Shown here one piece after another: positions 19,542 through 29,641 of a stretch of 64,000 bases of DNA. The DNA is taken from NCBI RefSeq assembly GCF_048268965.1, contig NZ_JBLWUK010000015.1, positions 14,575 through 78,574 on the forward strand. The letters are read 5' to 3'. The position numbers and the translations under genes were made by a program. Positions within the stretch are counted from its first letter, which is position 1, and each line of letters begins with the position of its first letter. This stretch comes from Oceanisphaera sp. (GTDB taxonomy: Bacteria; Pseudomonadota; Gammaproteobacteria; Enterobacterales; Aeromonadaceae). Under the pieces are notes generated by a model. The model had not been told where the DNA came from. It saw only the letters and a list, made by a program, of their open reading frames with translations, and made no database searches.

Positions 19542-20477
19542 TTAATACCGGTAAGGCACCCCTTCGGGGGTGGTCTTGAAGCGGCGGTGCAGCCACATGT
19601 ATTGCTCGGGGGCCAGGCGGATGGCGGCTTCAATGACCTGGTTGCTGGTGATGGCGTCTGTCACGTCGTCACCGACCGGGAAGTTCGCGATGGGCGGCTG
19701 GATCAACAAACGGTAGCCGTCTTTTTCACGCAGCGTAAAACAGGGCAGGGTCACGGTTTTTTTCACCCGCGCCAGGGTGGCGGTACCGGTAATGGTGGCG
19801 GCCTGCTCGACGGCAAAGAAGGGGACAAATACGCTGGCATGACGGCCGTAGTCGTGATCCGGTGCATACCAGAGGGCATCACCCTGGCGCAGCGCCTTGA
19901 GCATACCCTTGATGTTGAGCCGGTCCACCAGATACTTGTTGGAGCGGCAGCGGCCCTGTACCTGTGCATATTCCAGCACCGCATTGGTATTGGGGCGATA
20001 GACACCGACGCCGGGCCTATACAGGCCAAACTGGCGCGCGTTAAGCTCCAGCGTTAAAAAGTGTGCCGAGAGCAACAGCATGCCCTGGCCCTTGGCCACG
20101 GCGGCATCCACGTGCTCGGTGCCTTCCATGCGGGTAATGGCGCGCATGCGCCAGTGTGGCCAGAACCAGGCCATGCCGGTTTCAAAGATGGCGCAGCCTA
20201 CGCTCTCGAAATTGGCTTTCAGGGTGTGTTCCCGCTCCCTTTCGCTCTGCTCGGGCAGTGCCAGCTCCAGATTACGGCGTGCGATGTTAACGCGGGACTT
20301 GAGCAGGCGCATGGACAGCCGGCCCAAACCGCGGCCCAATGCCATTTGCAGGCGCCAGGGCAGCAGGGTCACCAATAGCCACAGCAGGCCAAGTCCCAGC
20401 CAGTTGAATGCATAGCGTGGATGTAATAGCGCCAGGGTAAAAGGGGGAATCCGAGAGTCTTGCATAACAGTCGCCAT
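19542..20477 (-). CDS. lpxL: Lipid A lauroyl acyltransferase (LpxL/HtrB family)
   Basis: LLSAHFLTLE (HX4D/E acyltransferase motif), YAPDHDYG, VFVPFF, PEQYMWLHRRFKT. Confidence 0.93.
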   Translation of the reverse strand: MATVMQDSRIPPFTLALLHPRYAFNWLGLGLLWLLVTLLPWRLQMALGRGLGRLSMRLLKSRVNIARRNLELALPEQSEREREHTLKANFESVGCAIFETGMAWFWPHWRMRAITRMEGTEHVDAAVAKGQGMLLLSAHFLTLELNARQFGLYRPGVGVYRPNTNAVLEYAQVQGRCRSNKYLVDRLNIKGMLKALRQGDALWYAPDHDYGRHASVFVPFFAVEQAATITGTATLARVKKTVTLPCFTLREKDGYRLLIQPPIANFPVGDDVTDAITSNQVIEAAIRLAPEQYMWLHRRFKTTPEGVPYRY

Positions 20478-20537
20478 GATCAATTAGTGTCGGAATTCTA
20501 ATTAACTTGGCCGCGAATGACCACCAATACAAAAACC

Positions 20538-20629
20538 GTGAAGAGTGAGGTGTCAGGCGTGAGTGGTTAAAACACAGAATCGACAGATCTGGATGTTATT
20601 CCTCACCCCTCACGCTTCACTCCTCACCC
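20538..20629. repeat. Degenerate heptamer inverted-arm repeat
   Basis: gtgaagagtgaggtgtcaggcgtgag ... cctcacccctcacgcttcactcctcaccc in the lpxL/hldE divergent gap. Confidence 0.7.
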
Positions 20630-20696
20630 AGACCCGTGTTTTTACCATCGATTGTGATAATATTTCGACTTTCCCCTGTTCAAAAGAGTCGGAACC

Positions 20697-22124
20697 ATGA
20701 AGATCAAGTTACCGGAATTCGATAGTGCCAAGGTGTTGGTGGTAGGAGATGTGATGCTGGATCGTTACTGGTCCGGCCCCACTGGGCGTATCTCACCCGA
20801 GGCACCGGTACCTGTGGTCAAGGTCGAGCACAATGAAGAACGGCCGGGCGGCGCGGCTAACGTGGCACTGAACGTGGCGGCCCTGGGTGGCAAGGGGCGC
20901 TTGCTGGGCCTGACCGGTAACGATGAGGCGGCTACCGCGCTGCAGGATAAAATGCAGGGCGTCGGCGTGGAGTGCGACTTTGTACGCTTATCGACTCACC
21001 CTACCATTACCAAGTTGCGGGTAATGAGCCGTAATCAGCAACTGCTGCGCCTGGACTTTGAAGACAGCTTCGCCCCCGACGATGCCGCGCCGCTGACCGA
21101 GAAAACCCGGGCGGCATTAAGCCAGGCTGGGGTAGTGGTGTTATCGGATTATGCCAAGGGGGCGCTTACCCAGGTACAAACCCTGATCCAGGCCGCCAAT
21201 CAGGCGGGTGTGCCTGTGCTGGTCGACCCGAAAGGCACCGACTTTGAAAAGTATCGCGGTGCCACCCTGCTCACCCCCAACATGAGTGAGTTTGAAGCCG
21301 TGGTGGGCAAGGTGAAAGACGAGCAGGAGCTGGTCGCCCGTGGCCGTGAGCTGATCAATAAATTCGAGTTCAAGGCGCTGCTGGTCACTCGCTCCGAGCA
21401 CGGCATGACCCTGATCCATGCGGATGGTGACGAGCTGCATCTGCCCGCTCAGGCCCATGAAGTGTTCGACGTGACCGGTGCCGGCGATACCGTCATCGCG
21501 ACCCTGGCCACCAGCCTGGCCGCCGGCTTGCCGCTGGATGAAGCCTGTGCCCTGGCCAACGTGGCCGCCAGCATAGTGGTTGGCAAGCTGGGAACGTCCA
21601 CTGTGTCCGCCATCGAACTGGCCAATGTGCTGTATGGTTCGCCCGAGTCCGGCATGGGGGTGGTGAGCGAGCAGCAGTTGAAATACGTGATGGATGCGGC
21701 CCGTCGTCGCGGCGAAAAAATCGTGATGACCAACGGTTGTTTCGATATTTTGCACGCCGGTCATGTGTCTTACCTCAGTCACGCCCGTCAACTGGGTGAT
21801 CGCCTGATAGTGGCGGTGAATACCGATGCCTCGGTACGGGCGCTTAAAGGCGACGGCCGGCCGGTGAATACCGTAGACAGACGCATGGCGGTATTGGCCG
21901 GCCTGGGCGCGGTAGACTGGGTGGTCCCCTTTGCCGAAGACACGCCGCAGCGCCTGATTGCCGAAACCCTGCCCGATGTACTGGTGAAAGGCGGCGATTA
22001 CAAGCCGGAAGAAATAGCCGGCTTCGAAGAGGTCACCGCCAACGGTGGCGAGGTTAAGGTACTGAACTTCGAAGAAGGCTGCTCTACCACGGCCATCATT
22101 CAGGCTATTCGTACTCGCGGATAA
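20697..22124 (+). CDS. hldE: Bifunctional heptose 7-phosphate kinase / heptose 1-phosphate adenylyltransferase
   Basis: [28 protein letters not shown] (pfkB) and [12 protein letters not shown] (cytidylyltransferase-like). Confidence 0.97.
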   Translation: MKIKLPEFDSAKVLVVGDVMLDRYWSGPTGRISPEAPVPVVKVEHNEERPGGAANVALNVAALGGKGRLLGLTGNDEAATALQDKMQGVGVECDFVRLSTHPTITKLRVMSRNQQLLRLDFEDSFAPDDAAPLTEKTRAALSQAGVVVLSDYAKGALTQVQTLIQAANQAGVPVLVDPKGTDFEKYRGATLLTPNMSEFEAVVGKVKDEQELVARGRELINKFEFKALLVTRSEHGMTLIHADGDELHLPAQAHEVFDVTGAGDTVIATLATSLAAGLPLDEACALANVAASIVVGKLGTSTVSAIELANVLYGSPESGMGVVSEQQLKYVMDAARRRGEKIVMTNGCFDILHAGHVSYLSHARQLGDRLIVAVNTDASVRALKGDGRPVNTVDRRMAVLAGLGAVDWVVPFAEDTPQRLIAETLPDVLVKGGDYKPEEIAGFEEVTANGGEVKVLNFEEGCSTTAIIQAIRTRG

Positions 22125-22161
22125 AAAACAACGGTCAGCGCTAAGCAAACAGCCTGAAAAC

Positions 22162-22199
22162 AAGCCCACAACAGACGCCGTCTGTTGTGGGCTTTTTCT
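22162..22199. terminator. Bidirectional intrinsic terminator
   Basis: AAGCCCACAACAGAC-GCC-GTCTGTTGTGGGCTT perfect 15-bp stem with T-run, between convergent genes. Confidence 0.85.
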
Positions 22200-22208
22200 T
22201 TCCCTTCA

Positions 22209-23273
22209 CTATTCTGGCTCTGGCACAGTGAGAATGGAGTTGGACCAGGCATCAATAAAATGTTGTTTGACCAAGGGGTCCTGGGGCGGCAGTAGCGCGG
22301 GCGTCAGCGGGATCAGCGTGACCGGGCCTTGAGCCTGAATGGCGGGGCGTAGTTGTCCTGAGTCGGGTTCCAGCACCGGGTGCAGGCCGCCTTGTGCCAG
22401 TAATGCCTGGCCCTGATCCGACAGCATCAAGTCGATGAACTCGCCGGCCAGAGTGGCATGAGCTGCGGTTTTGGGGATCAGAGCCAGCCGCATCAGCATC
22501 AGGGTATAGTCGTCGGGCGCCATGGCCGCCAGCTGGGGGTAACCTGGTAACACCGAGGCCACATAAGAGCCCAGCAGGTTATAACCGATGGCCGCCTCAC
22601 CTTTGGCAAGACGATCCAGCATATCGTTACTGCTGTCATCAATCTGCACCTTAAGGCTGCCGAAGGCTTCCAGCAGCCGGCCATACATCAGCCCCTGCTG
22701 GCTGTCTTGACTGGCCAGCAAATACCCCACGCCGCTGGCCGCAATATCATAGGTAATAATGTGATTGGCAAAACGGTTGGGATCTTGTCGCAACAGGGTG
22801 AGCAGTTGCTGGCGACTGTGCGGCAGCGGGTGAGGGCCAAGCTGCTCTCGGTTGAAAACGGTCAGTATCGGCTCGAAGGTAAAGGCGAACAGCTCGTGTC
22901 GCCAGTGTACCTGGCTGGGTAAAGACAAGGTTTGGGCCGAGCGATAGGGGCGAGCAAAACCGTCGTTGACCAGTTTAAGCTGTAAATCCATGGCCGAACT
23001 CAGCAACAGGTCCGCCGGTGAGTGGGGGGATTCCTGTAAAAAGCGCTCGTATAACTCTTGTGAATTGAGATCCACAAAACGGATGCCTAATTGGGGATGT
23101 TGCTGCTGAAAGTGACGGAGCAGCGGTTGCAGGTGGCGGTAGTCGGTGGCGCTGTAAATAACCAGTTGCTGCTGCATGGGGGCGGCGGCGGGTTTTAAAA
23201 ACTCCTCCGTCGCTTGTGTGGTTGCGGTTAATAATAGCGATAGCCACAGCAAGCCTAAACGAAGCCGATTCAT
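22209..23273 (-). CDS. Periplasmic solute-binding protein (ABC-type fold) co-transcribed with tctDE
   Basis: Signal peptide, LVIYSATD, ADLLLSSAMDLQLKLVNDG, YNLLGSY; overlaps the tctE stop; no permease or ATPase nearby. Confidence 0.85.
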   Translation of the reverse strand: MNRLRLGLLWLSLLLTATTQATEEFLKPAAAPMQQQLVIYSATDYRHLQPLLRHFQQQHPQLGIRFVDLNSQELYERFLQESPHSPADLLLSSAMDLQLKLVNDGFARPYRSAQTLSLPSQVHWRHELFAFTFEPILTVFNREQLGPHPLPHSRQQLLTLLRQDPNRFANHIITYDIAASGVGYLLASQDSQQGLMYGRLLEAFGSLKVQIDDSSNDMLDRLAKGEAAIGYNLLGSYVASVLPGYPQLAAMAPDDYTLMLMRLALIPKTAAHATLAGEFIDLMLSDQGQALLAQGGLHPVLEPDSGQLRPAIQAQGPVTLIPLTPALLPPQDPLVKQHFIDAWSNSILTVPEPE

Positions 23274-24679
23274 GGGGCGCTCCTGTCAGTGTTAAAACGG
23301 ATTTCGACTTCCAGCCCGCCAGGCTCATTGTCATGCAGATGAATGTGGGCGCCGTGATGTTCGGCTACATCTCGTGCTATGGCCATGCCCAGGCCCGACC
23401 CCAAATAGCGATGCTGGCTGCCCCGATAGAAGCGGGCGAATACCTTTTCTCGCTCGCCAAGGGGAATGCCAGGGCCGGAGTCGCGAATGAGTATGGCCGG
23501 TGCCGGCGAGGTGCGCAGTATTATGTCTACCCGGGTGTGGGCGGGCGCATGGGCAACGGCATTATCGATAAGGTTGTTCAGCATCTGGGTGATCGCTATC
23601 TCGTCTCCCTGGATCCACAAGGGCGAGGCGGCCGGCTCGAAAGAAAGCTCGACCTGCCGTTGCAACGCCGGTACCGCCAGCGCCAGACATACCTTTCTAG
23701 CGGTGGCGTTCAGCTCTAGCGGGAGCAGTTCCTGGCTGTGAAAACGATGATCCAGCATGGCCTGATTCAATAGATGATTTACCGTCAACGACAGTTGATC
23801 GCATTGTTCAATCAGCCCGGCCAGCAGTCGCTGTCTTTTCTCTGTATCTGGCTCGTCCCGGGCATTTTCGCTCAAGGCGCGCAGGCTGGCGAGGGGCGTA
23901 CGCAACTGATGGGCGGTCACCGAGGTGGTGGACTCCATGCGCTCCAGCATTTGCTGTTGGCGCGCGATAAAGTGATTGATGGTGTGCAGCAGCGGCAGCG
24001 TTTCTTTGGGGACCGGTAACGACAGCGGGGTCAGATCTCGTGGGCGACGTCTGGCCAGAGCGCGGGCAATCAGGGTAAAAGGACGCAGGGCATAATAGAT
24101 ACCCAGCCACAATAGCAGCAGGGCGCTGAATAACAGCCCCAGAATAAGCTCCAGTGCCGGGTACAAAATCTCATCGCTGAGCTGCTCACGAGCGAGACGG
24201 GTTTGTGCCAGCTCGATTTGAATTTCATCGAAGGGCTGCCGTTCGGTATTCAGGCGGGTCAAGCGCGCCACCCGTACCGGCTCACCGGAAAAGTGAGCAT
24301 CAAAGAAGTCAGGCTGTTGCTGGGTCAGTGGCCGTTGTGCCGGCGTTTTCGGCGGTGGCGAGGGTAAAGATCGGTAGCCGGTCAAGAAGTTGCCGTTGAT
24401 ACTGATGCGATAAAAAACACGATCCTGGGGAGCCTGGGCCAGGGTGGCAAAAGCGGACACAGGTATATCGACAATAAAGCCTTGCTCACCGTGGCGCACC
24501 GCATTGGCCAGTTGCAGTATGGCGCTGTTGAGCATGATGTCGTAACTGCGGTCGGCGGTTTTTTTGCTGTAAGACACCATCAGTCCGGTGGCCAGCAGGC
24601 TCAGGCCGATGAGGACCACGGTACTGAGTAACAGCAGCCGTCGGCGCAGGGGGGGATGGTGGCCAGGCTGCCCACTCAC
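23270..24679 (-). CDS. tctE: Sensor histidine kinase TctE
   Basis: N-terminal TM, ADRSYD.ML and DRVFYRI periplasmic motifs, H-box TAHQLRTPL, N-box NNLIDNAV, G-boxes DSGPGIP and GSGLGMAI. Confidence 0.85.
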   Translation of the reverse strand: MSGQPGHHPPLRRRLLLLSTVVLIGLSLLATGLMVSYSKKTADRSYDIMLNSAILQLANAVRHGEQGFIVDIPVSAFATLAQAPQDRVFYRISINGNFLTGYRSLPSPPPKTPAQRPLTQQQPDFFDAHFSGEPVRVARLTRLNTERQPFDEIQIELAQTRLAREQLSDEILYPALELILGLLFSALLLLWLGIYYALRPFTLIARALARRRPRDLTPLSLPVPKETLPLLHTINHFIARQQQMLERMESTTSVTAHQLRTPLASLRALSENARDEPDTEKRQRLLAGLIEQCDQLSLTVNHLLNQAMLDHRFHSQELLPLELNATARKVCLALAVPALQRQVELSFEPAASPLWIQGDEIAITQMLNNLIDNAVAHAPAHTRVDIILRTSPAPAILIRDSGPGIPLGEREKVFARFYRGSQHRYLGSGLGMAIARDVAEHHGAHIHLHDNEPGGLEVEIRFNTDRSAP

Positions 24680-25347
24680 GAATCGACGACCCGTGCCACA
24701 TAGCCCAGACCGCGCAGCGTCTGTATCTGTAATGAGCTGCCGCTCAGCTTTTTGCGCAGCCGCGCCACATACAGCTCTATGGTATTGGCCGACGGAGTTT
24801 CATCGGCGTTAAACAGCTTTTCGGTCAACTCTTCCTTGCTCATCACCCGCTCTAATCCACTCAGGAAAATTTCCAGCAGCCTGAATTCGCGATTAACCAG
24901 AGGGCAGGGTAATTGATCGATGGTGACCGTTTTGGCATCTCGATTAAAAACGAGATTGCCGTGCTCACTGATGTTGGAGGCATAGCCCTGCTGGCGCCGT
25001 AACAGGGCGCGCACCCGGGCTTCGAGCTCACCAAAGTCGAAGGGCTTGGTGAGATAATCGTCAGCTCCCAGATCCAGCAGTTTGATGCGATCGTCAATTT
25101 GATCCCGGGCGGTAAGAATCAATACTGGCGTGTCGGTTTTGCGCTGGCGCAACTCTGCCAGCACCCCTTCGCCGCTAAGGCCGGGCAGGTTGAGATCCAG
25201 AATAATCAAATCGACTGCCTGATTGCGTAGCCAGTCGACGGCCTGGCGGCCATTGCCAATTAAATCTGTGCCATGGCCCAGTTTCTGTAGCCGATTGGCG
25301 ATGGCTTCACCCAGCACTGTGGTGTCCTCTATCACAAGAATACGCAC
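24676..25347 (-). CDS. tctD: OmpR-family response regulator TctD
   Basis: MRILVIED, DLIILDLNLPG, GADDYLTKPF, IELYVARLRKKL, IQTLRGLGY; divergent from tctCBA. Confidence 0.88.
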   Translation of the reverse strand: MRILVIEDTTVLGEAIANRLQKLGHGTDLIGNGRQAVDWLRNQAVDLIILDLNLPGLSGEGVLAELRQRKTDTPVLILTARDQIDDRIKLLDLGADDYLTKPFDFGELEARVRALLRRQQGYASNISEHGNLVFNRDAKTVTIDQLPCPLVNREFRLLEIFLSGLERVMSKEELTEKLFNADETPSANTIELYVARLRKKLSGSSLQIQTLRGLGYVARVVDS

Positions 25348-25368
25348 GATTTTATCCTCAGTTTCGCC

Positions 25369-25402
25369 ATGACAGCTTGGTGACAGCTTAGGGGGGTAAC
25401 AT
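25369..25402 (+). promoter_or_regulatory. Tandem direct repeat (candidate TctD site) plus -10 element for tctC
   Basis: TGACAGCTT at 25370-25378 and 25381-25389 (11-bp period); TAACAT at 25397-25402. Confidence 0.55.
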
Positions 25403-25471
25403 GTCAGATGTTAACAACTTGTTTCCTGATGAAACAAGTAATAGATGGAATCACCTCAAGGAGATAACGAG

Positions 25472-26461
25472 ATGAAATTACCCCCTCTGGTTCATGCTGT
25501 TCTGGGTGCCGGTTTACTCTTGATGGGCACCGGCGCAGCCCATGCCGATTTTACCCCCAAAAAACCGGAATGTATCGCACCGGCCAAACCGGGCGGCGGT
25601 TTCGATCTTACCTGCCGTATTTTAACGTCCAGTCTGGAGAAATCCGGCCTGCTGGATCAACCTATGCGAGTGACCTTTATGCCCGGTGGTGTAGGAGCGG
25701 TCGCTTATACCCACATGAACAGCAATCGACGTACCGATGACAATGCGGTGGTGGCGTTCAGCTCGGGATCGTCTCTTAACCTGGCACTCAGCAAGTTTGG
25801 CAAGAATCTGGACGTGGATGATGCACGCTGGTTAGGCGCCATTGGTACCGACTACGGCGCTATTATCGTCAAGGCCGACGCGCCCTGGAATAACCTGGCC
25901 GAGCTGGCTGCCGATATTCAGGCCAACCCGGGCAAGCAGGTCGTGGGCGCGGGTGGCACTGTGGGCAGCCAGGACTGGATGAAGGCGGCGTTCTTCTATC
26001 GTCAGCTGGGACTGGATCCACGCAGCATGCGTTATGTGGCCTACGAAGGCGGTGGCGATGCCATGGCGGCCGTGCTGGGTAACCATATTCAGGTTTATCC
26101 TGGTGACATGTCCGAAATCAAGGGGCAGCTGGATGCAGGAATAGTTCGGGTGTTGGCGGTGTTGGCGCCGGAGCGTCTGGATGGTGACTATGCCGAAATT
26201 CCGACCGCGACAGAGCAGGGCTTCGATGTTGAATGGCCGATCATGCGTGGTTTCTACATGGCACCAGAAGCGTCCGACGAAGCCTATCAGTACTGGGTGA
26301 AGCAGTTTAACGACCTGTATCAGACCGATGCCTTTACCGAGGTGCGTAACAACCAGGGTTTGTTCCCGTTATCCATGTCTGGCGACGAGTTTGAAGCCTA
26401 TATCAAGGCTGAAGTTGGGAAGTTTCAGGAATTATCTCGTGAAATGGGTCTACTTAAATAA
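25472..26461 (+). CDS. tctC: Tripartite tricarboxylate transporter substrate-binding protein
   Basis: ECIAPAKPGGGFDLTCR, MPGGVGAVA, GGGDAMAAVLG; AGGAGA RBS before ATG at 25472. Confidence 0.93.
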   Translation: MKLPPLVHAVLGAGLLLMGTGAAHADFTPKKPECIAPAKPGGGFDLTCRILTSSLEKSGLLDQPMRVTFMPGGVGAVAYTHMNSNRRTDDNAVVAFSSGSSLNLALSKFGKNLDVDDARWLGAIGTDYGAIIVKADAPWNNLAELAADIQANPGKQVVGAGGTVGSQDWMKAAFFYRQLGLDPRSMRYVAYEGGGDAMAAVLGNHIQVYPGDMSEIKGQLDAGIVRVLAVLAPERLDGDYAEIPTATEQGFDVEWPIMRGFYMAPEASDEAYQYWVKQFNDLYQTDAFTEVRNNQGLFPLSMSGDEFEAYIKAEVGKFQELSREMGLLK

Positions 26462-26472
26462 GGAATGACATC

Positions 26473-26907
26473 ATGGCCGATCGTCTTTTTTCACTGGTCT
26501 TGATGTTGGCAGCGGTGGCCCTGGGGGCCGCCGCCTGGCAGCTTGAAGTGCCTTTTCAATATGAACCTGTTGGGCCCAAGGCGATACCTTTGATCCTGGC
26601 GGTATTGCTGTTTGCCTGCTCGGCGTGGCTGGTCATCAAACCCAGCCGCTTCAAGGGCGAGTACGGACGCAGCATCTTTGTCCGCCACCTGCTGGTGGTC
26701 TTGGGTTTGGTGGCGTATGCCTGGAGTTTCGAAATTCTGGGTTTCATTCTATCTACCTGTCTGGTGGGTACCGTATTTGCTCGGCTTTTTGGCCTGGCCT
26801 TGGGTAAAGCCGTGTTGTACTCGGTGGCGCTTGGCGCCGTGGGTTATGTGCTGCTGAGTGTGGTGCTGGAGCTGAACGTGCCGGCCGGCACCCTGTTTGG
26901 AGGTTGA
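26473..26907 (+). CDS. tctB: Tripartite tricarboxylate transporter small membrane subunit
   Basis: Four TM segments, YEPVGPKAIP, LNVPAG tail; between tctC and tctA. Confidence 0.9.
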   Translation: MADRLFSLVLMLAAVALGAAAWQLEVPFQYEPVGPKAIPLILAVLLFACSAWLVIKPSRFKGEYGRSIFVRHLLVVLGLVAYAWSFEILGFILSTCLVGTVFARLFGLALGKAVLYSVALGAVGYVLLSVVLELNVPAGTLFGG

Positions 26908-26911
26908 TGGT

Positions 26912-28435
26912 ATGGATGTGTTGACTAGTTTAGCCATGGGGTTTGCCGTTGCCTTGACGCCAATGAATTTGGCGCTGGTACTGGCAGGCTGTTTTTTTGG
27001 CACCCTGATGGGAGCACTGCCGGGCATAGGGCCGATTAATGGCATCGCCATTTTATTACCCTTGGCCTATTCCATGGGCCTGGAGCCGGCCTCCGCCATC
27101 ATTTTGCTGGCGGGTGTCTATTATGGCGCCGAATACGGTGGTCGAATTTCCAGTATCTTGCTTAACGTACCCGGTGATGCAGGGGCCATCATGACCACTC
27201 TCGACGGTTATCCCATGGCCAAACGGGGCGAGGGCGGTCGAGCGCTGGCGTTGTCGGCGGTTTCCTCTTTCGCAGGCTCCATGGGCGCCCTGATCTTGCT
27301 GGTTATTTTTGCCCCTGTGCTCACGCGGGTGGCGGTGACCTTTGGCCCGTCAGAGTTTGTGGCATTAATGGTATTTGCACTGTGTTGCCTGGCCTCCATG
27401 GTCGGCTCTCGACCGATAAAAACCGTGGTGGGCACCGTCATTGGTCTGGTGCTGGCGACCGTGGGCGTAGACTCGGGAACCGGTGTATTACGCTTTACCT
27501 TTGGTTTAACCAGCCTGTTCGATGGCGTCGACTTTTTGGTGGTGGTCATCGGCATGTTTGCCATCAGCGAAATCTTGTTGTTGGTCGAACATCACTATGG
27601 TGGTAGCAGCAAAATAGACAAGGTAGGCAAGTCGTTCGTCAAGGTTGCCGATCTGGTGGCGGTGCGCTGGGTTGTGCTGCGCTCTACCCTGGTTGGCTTT
27701 GTGATTGGCGTATTGCCAGGCACAGGCGCCTCCGTGGCCAGTGCCGTGGCCTATGGCACCGAAAAGCGCATGGCTGGCGAGAATAACGAGTTTGGCCAGG
27801 GCGATATACGGGGCCTGGCGTCACCGGAAGCGGCCAATAACTCGGCGGCGGTGGGGTCCATGGTGCCCATGCTGACCTTAGGGATCCCGGGTTCGGGCAC
27901 CACAGCCATTCTGCTGGGCGCGCTCTTGCTGTTTGATGTAACGCCGGGTCCCTTGCTGTTCAGTCAGCAGCCCGATATTGCCTGGGGTCTGATTGCCTCC
28001 ATGTTTTTGGGCAACATTGCCTTGTTGGTCATGAACTTGCCGCTGGTGGGTATTTTCGTGCGCATGCTGAGCGTACGCCAGGCCTATCTGGTGCCGGTGA
28101 TCGTGATGTTGACCTTCGTGGGTATCTACTCGATTCACGGTGCCAGCTTCGACCTGTTCTTCATGATTTTGCTCGGCGTGTTTGGCTTTATCTTGCGCAA
28201 ACTGGACTTCTCACTGGCACCGGTGATTCTTGGTCTGGTGTTGGGTGGAGTGCTGGAAGACAACTTGCGCCGCGCCTTGTCGATCAGTGCCGGTGACTGG
28301 AGCATCCTGTTTAACAATGGCGTGACTCTCAGCCTGTGGGTGTTCAGCGTACTGGTGCTGGTGCTGCCGTTGTTAATGGGCTGGCGCAAACGCCGCCGTG
28401 CCGCCTTTTTGCAGAGTGAAGCAGGACAGGCATGA
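26912..28435 (+). CDS. tctA: Tripartite tricarboxylate transporter large membrane subunit
   Basis: GALPGIGP, YYGAEYGG.ISSILLNVPG, PEAANN, LTLGIPGS; start taken at ATG 26912. Confidence 0.95.
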   Translation: MDVLTSLAMGFAVALTPMNLALVLAGCFFGTLMGALPGIGPINGIAILLPLAYSMGLEPASAIILLAGVYYGAEYGGRISSILLNVPGDAGAIMTTLDGYPMAKRGEGGRALALSAVSSFAGSMGALILLVIFAPVLTRVAVTFGPSEFVALMVFALCCLASMVGSRPIKTVVGTVIGLVLATVGVDSGTGVLRFTFGLTSLFDGVDFLVVVIGMFAISEILLLVEHHYGGSSKIDKVGKSFVKVADLVAVRWVVLRSTLVGFVIGVLPGTGASVASAVAYGTEKRMAGENNEFGQGDIRGLASPEAANNSAAVGSMVPMLTLGIPGSGTTAILLGALLLFDVTPGPLLFSQQPDIAWGLIASMFLGNIALLVMNLPLVGIFVRMLSVRQAYLVPVIVMLTFVGIYSIHGASFDLFFMILLGVFGFILRKLDFSLAPVILGLVLGGVLEDNLRRALSISAGDWSILFNNGVTLSLWVFSVLVLVLPLLMGWRKRRRAAFLQSEAGQA

Positions 28436-29463
28436 TGATTTGGCTGCGCACCTGTATCTTGGGTGCGGCCGGTGGTTGGCTGGCTCATAGCGCCGGCTTT
28501 CCATCGGACTGGCTGCTGGGGGCCATGCTGGTTGTGGCCCTGGCTGCCATGCTCGGATTAGATGTGCGTTTGCCCAAACGTTTGCTGGCGCCGATTCAGG
28601 CCTGTTTAGGTGTGGCCGTCGGCCTGCGTCTGGAGTTTGATTTCCCCGGGCCCGGCTCGTTACTGTTTAGCGTGACCGGGCTGTTATTGTGTTTGGCTAC
28701 CCAAATCCCGCTGGGGCAGTATGTGTTGCGGCGTTTGGGATGGTCGTCCCAAGAAGCGGTGATGGGGGCGTCGCCAGGTGCCTTGTCGATCATGGCGGCA
28801 CTGGCTACCCAGCTGGATAACCCGATACGGGTGATACTGTCGCAAACGGTGCGGGTCATTGCCCTGGTGGCTTTGGTGAGCGTCATTATGTTGCTGGAGT
28901 GGGTGCCCACCCTGGCAGCGCCGGCCAGCCAGGAGTTGTCTTTGGTCACGACCGCCTTGTTAGTGTTGGTGGCCTGGGTGGTGGGCAAGGGGGCGGAACG
29001 GTTAAGGATCCCTGCCAGTTATATTCTGGCCGGGGTGGCCGTATCTGCAGGTTATGCGGCCTGGACTGGCGTGTCGGCCGTGCCGGTGACGGGCCTTATT
29101 CCGGTGAGCATGATACTGCTGGGTGCCTTGGTAGGCAGCAGGTTAAAGCCCTTGCCGGCTAAAGAGATGGGCCAGCTGCTGCTGGTTGGCTTGCTGATCA
29201 GCCTGTCGAGCTCGGTGATTGCCCTCGGCTGGGCGGCATTGGTGGCCTGGTGGTTACAATTGCCGGTCTTTCAGGTGTGGCTGGCCTATGCCCCCGGTGC
29301 GGTAGAAGCGATGATTTATCTGGCCTTGGTGACGGGGTTGGAGCCCTCCTGGGTTATCTTCCATCATGTGTTGCGTATCTTGCTGCTCGGATTATGTGCC
29401 GGTTGGCTGATGCGACGAGCCGGAGCCGGTGAAAAAATAGCGAACGAAAAAGGGAAGGCGTAA
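28432..29463 (+). CDS. AbrB-family (E. coli aidB-regulator-like) duplicated membrane protein
   Basis: Two internal halves with WLLGAM/YILAGV, SPGAL/APGAVEAM and QTVRV/HHVLRI motifs; highly hydrophobic. Confidence 0.8.
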   Translation: MMIWLRTCILGAAGGWLAHSAGFPSDWLLGAMLVVALAAMLGLDVRLPKRLLAPIQACLGVAVGLRLEFDFPGPGSLLFSVTGLLLCLATQIPLGQYVLRRLGWSSQEAVMGASPGALSIMAALATQLDNPIRVILSQTVRVIALVALVSVIMLLEWVPTLAAPASQELSLVTTALLVLVAWVVGKGAERLRIPASYILAGVAVSAGYAAWTGVSAVPVTGLIPVSMILLGALVGSRLKPLPAKEMGQLLLVGLLISLSSSVIALGWAALVAWWLQLPVFQVWLAYAPGAVEAMIYLALVTGLEPSWVIFHHVLRILLLGLCAGWLMRRAGAGEKIANEKGKA

Positions 29464-29479
29464 CGCCTTCCCTTTTTTC
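29447..29479 (+). terminator. Intrinsic terminator of the tct operon
   Basis: AAAAAGGGAAGGCG-TAA-CGCCTTCCCTTTTT; the stop codon forms the loop. Confidence 0.85.
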
Positions 29480-29567
29480 ATTCCTAAGCAGTAGCGGATG
29501 TGGATGCTGTGGCCAGTTTGCTTAAAAGGCCAACGACTTCTTTGCCACGGAATACACGGAAGATTCA

Positions 29568-29640
29568 TCCTTCACTTCACCCTTCACTCTTCTCCTTCAC
29601 CCTTCTCCTTCACCCTTCTCCTTCACCCTTCTCCTTCACG
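29568..29640. repeat. 13-bp tandem repeat (TTCTCCTTCACCC) x~4, related to the heptamer family
   Basis: Units at 29590, 29603, 29616 and 29629 (last one partial), immediately after the sulP stop on the minus strand. Confidence 0.85.
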
Positions 29641-29641
29641 T

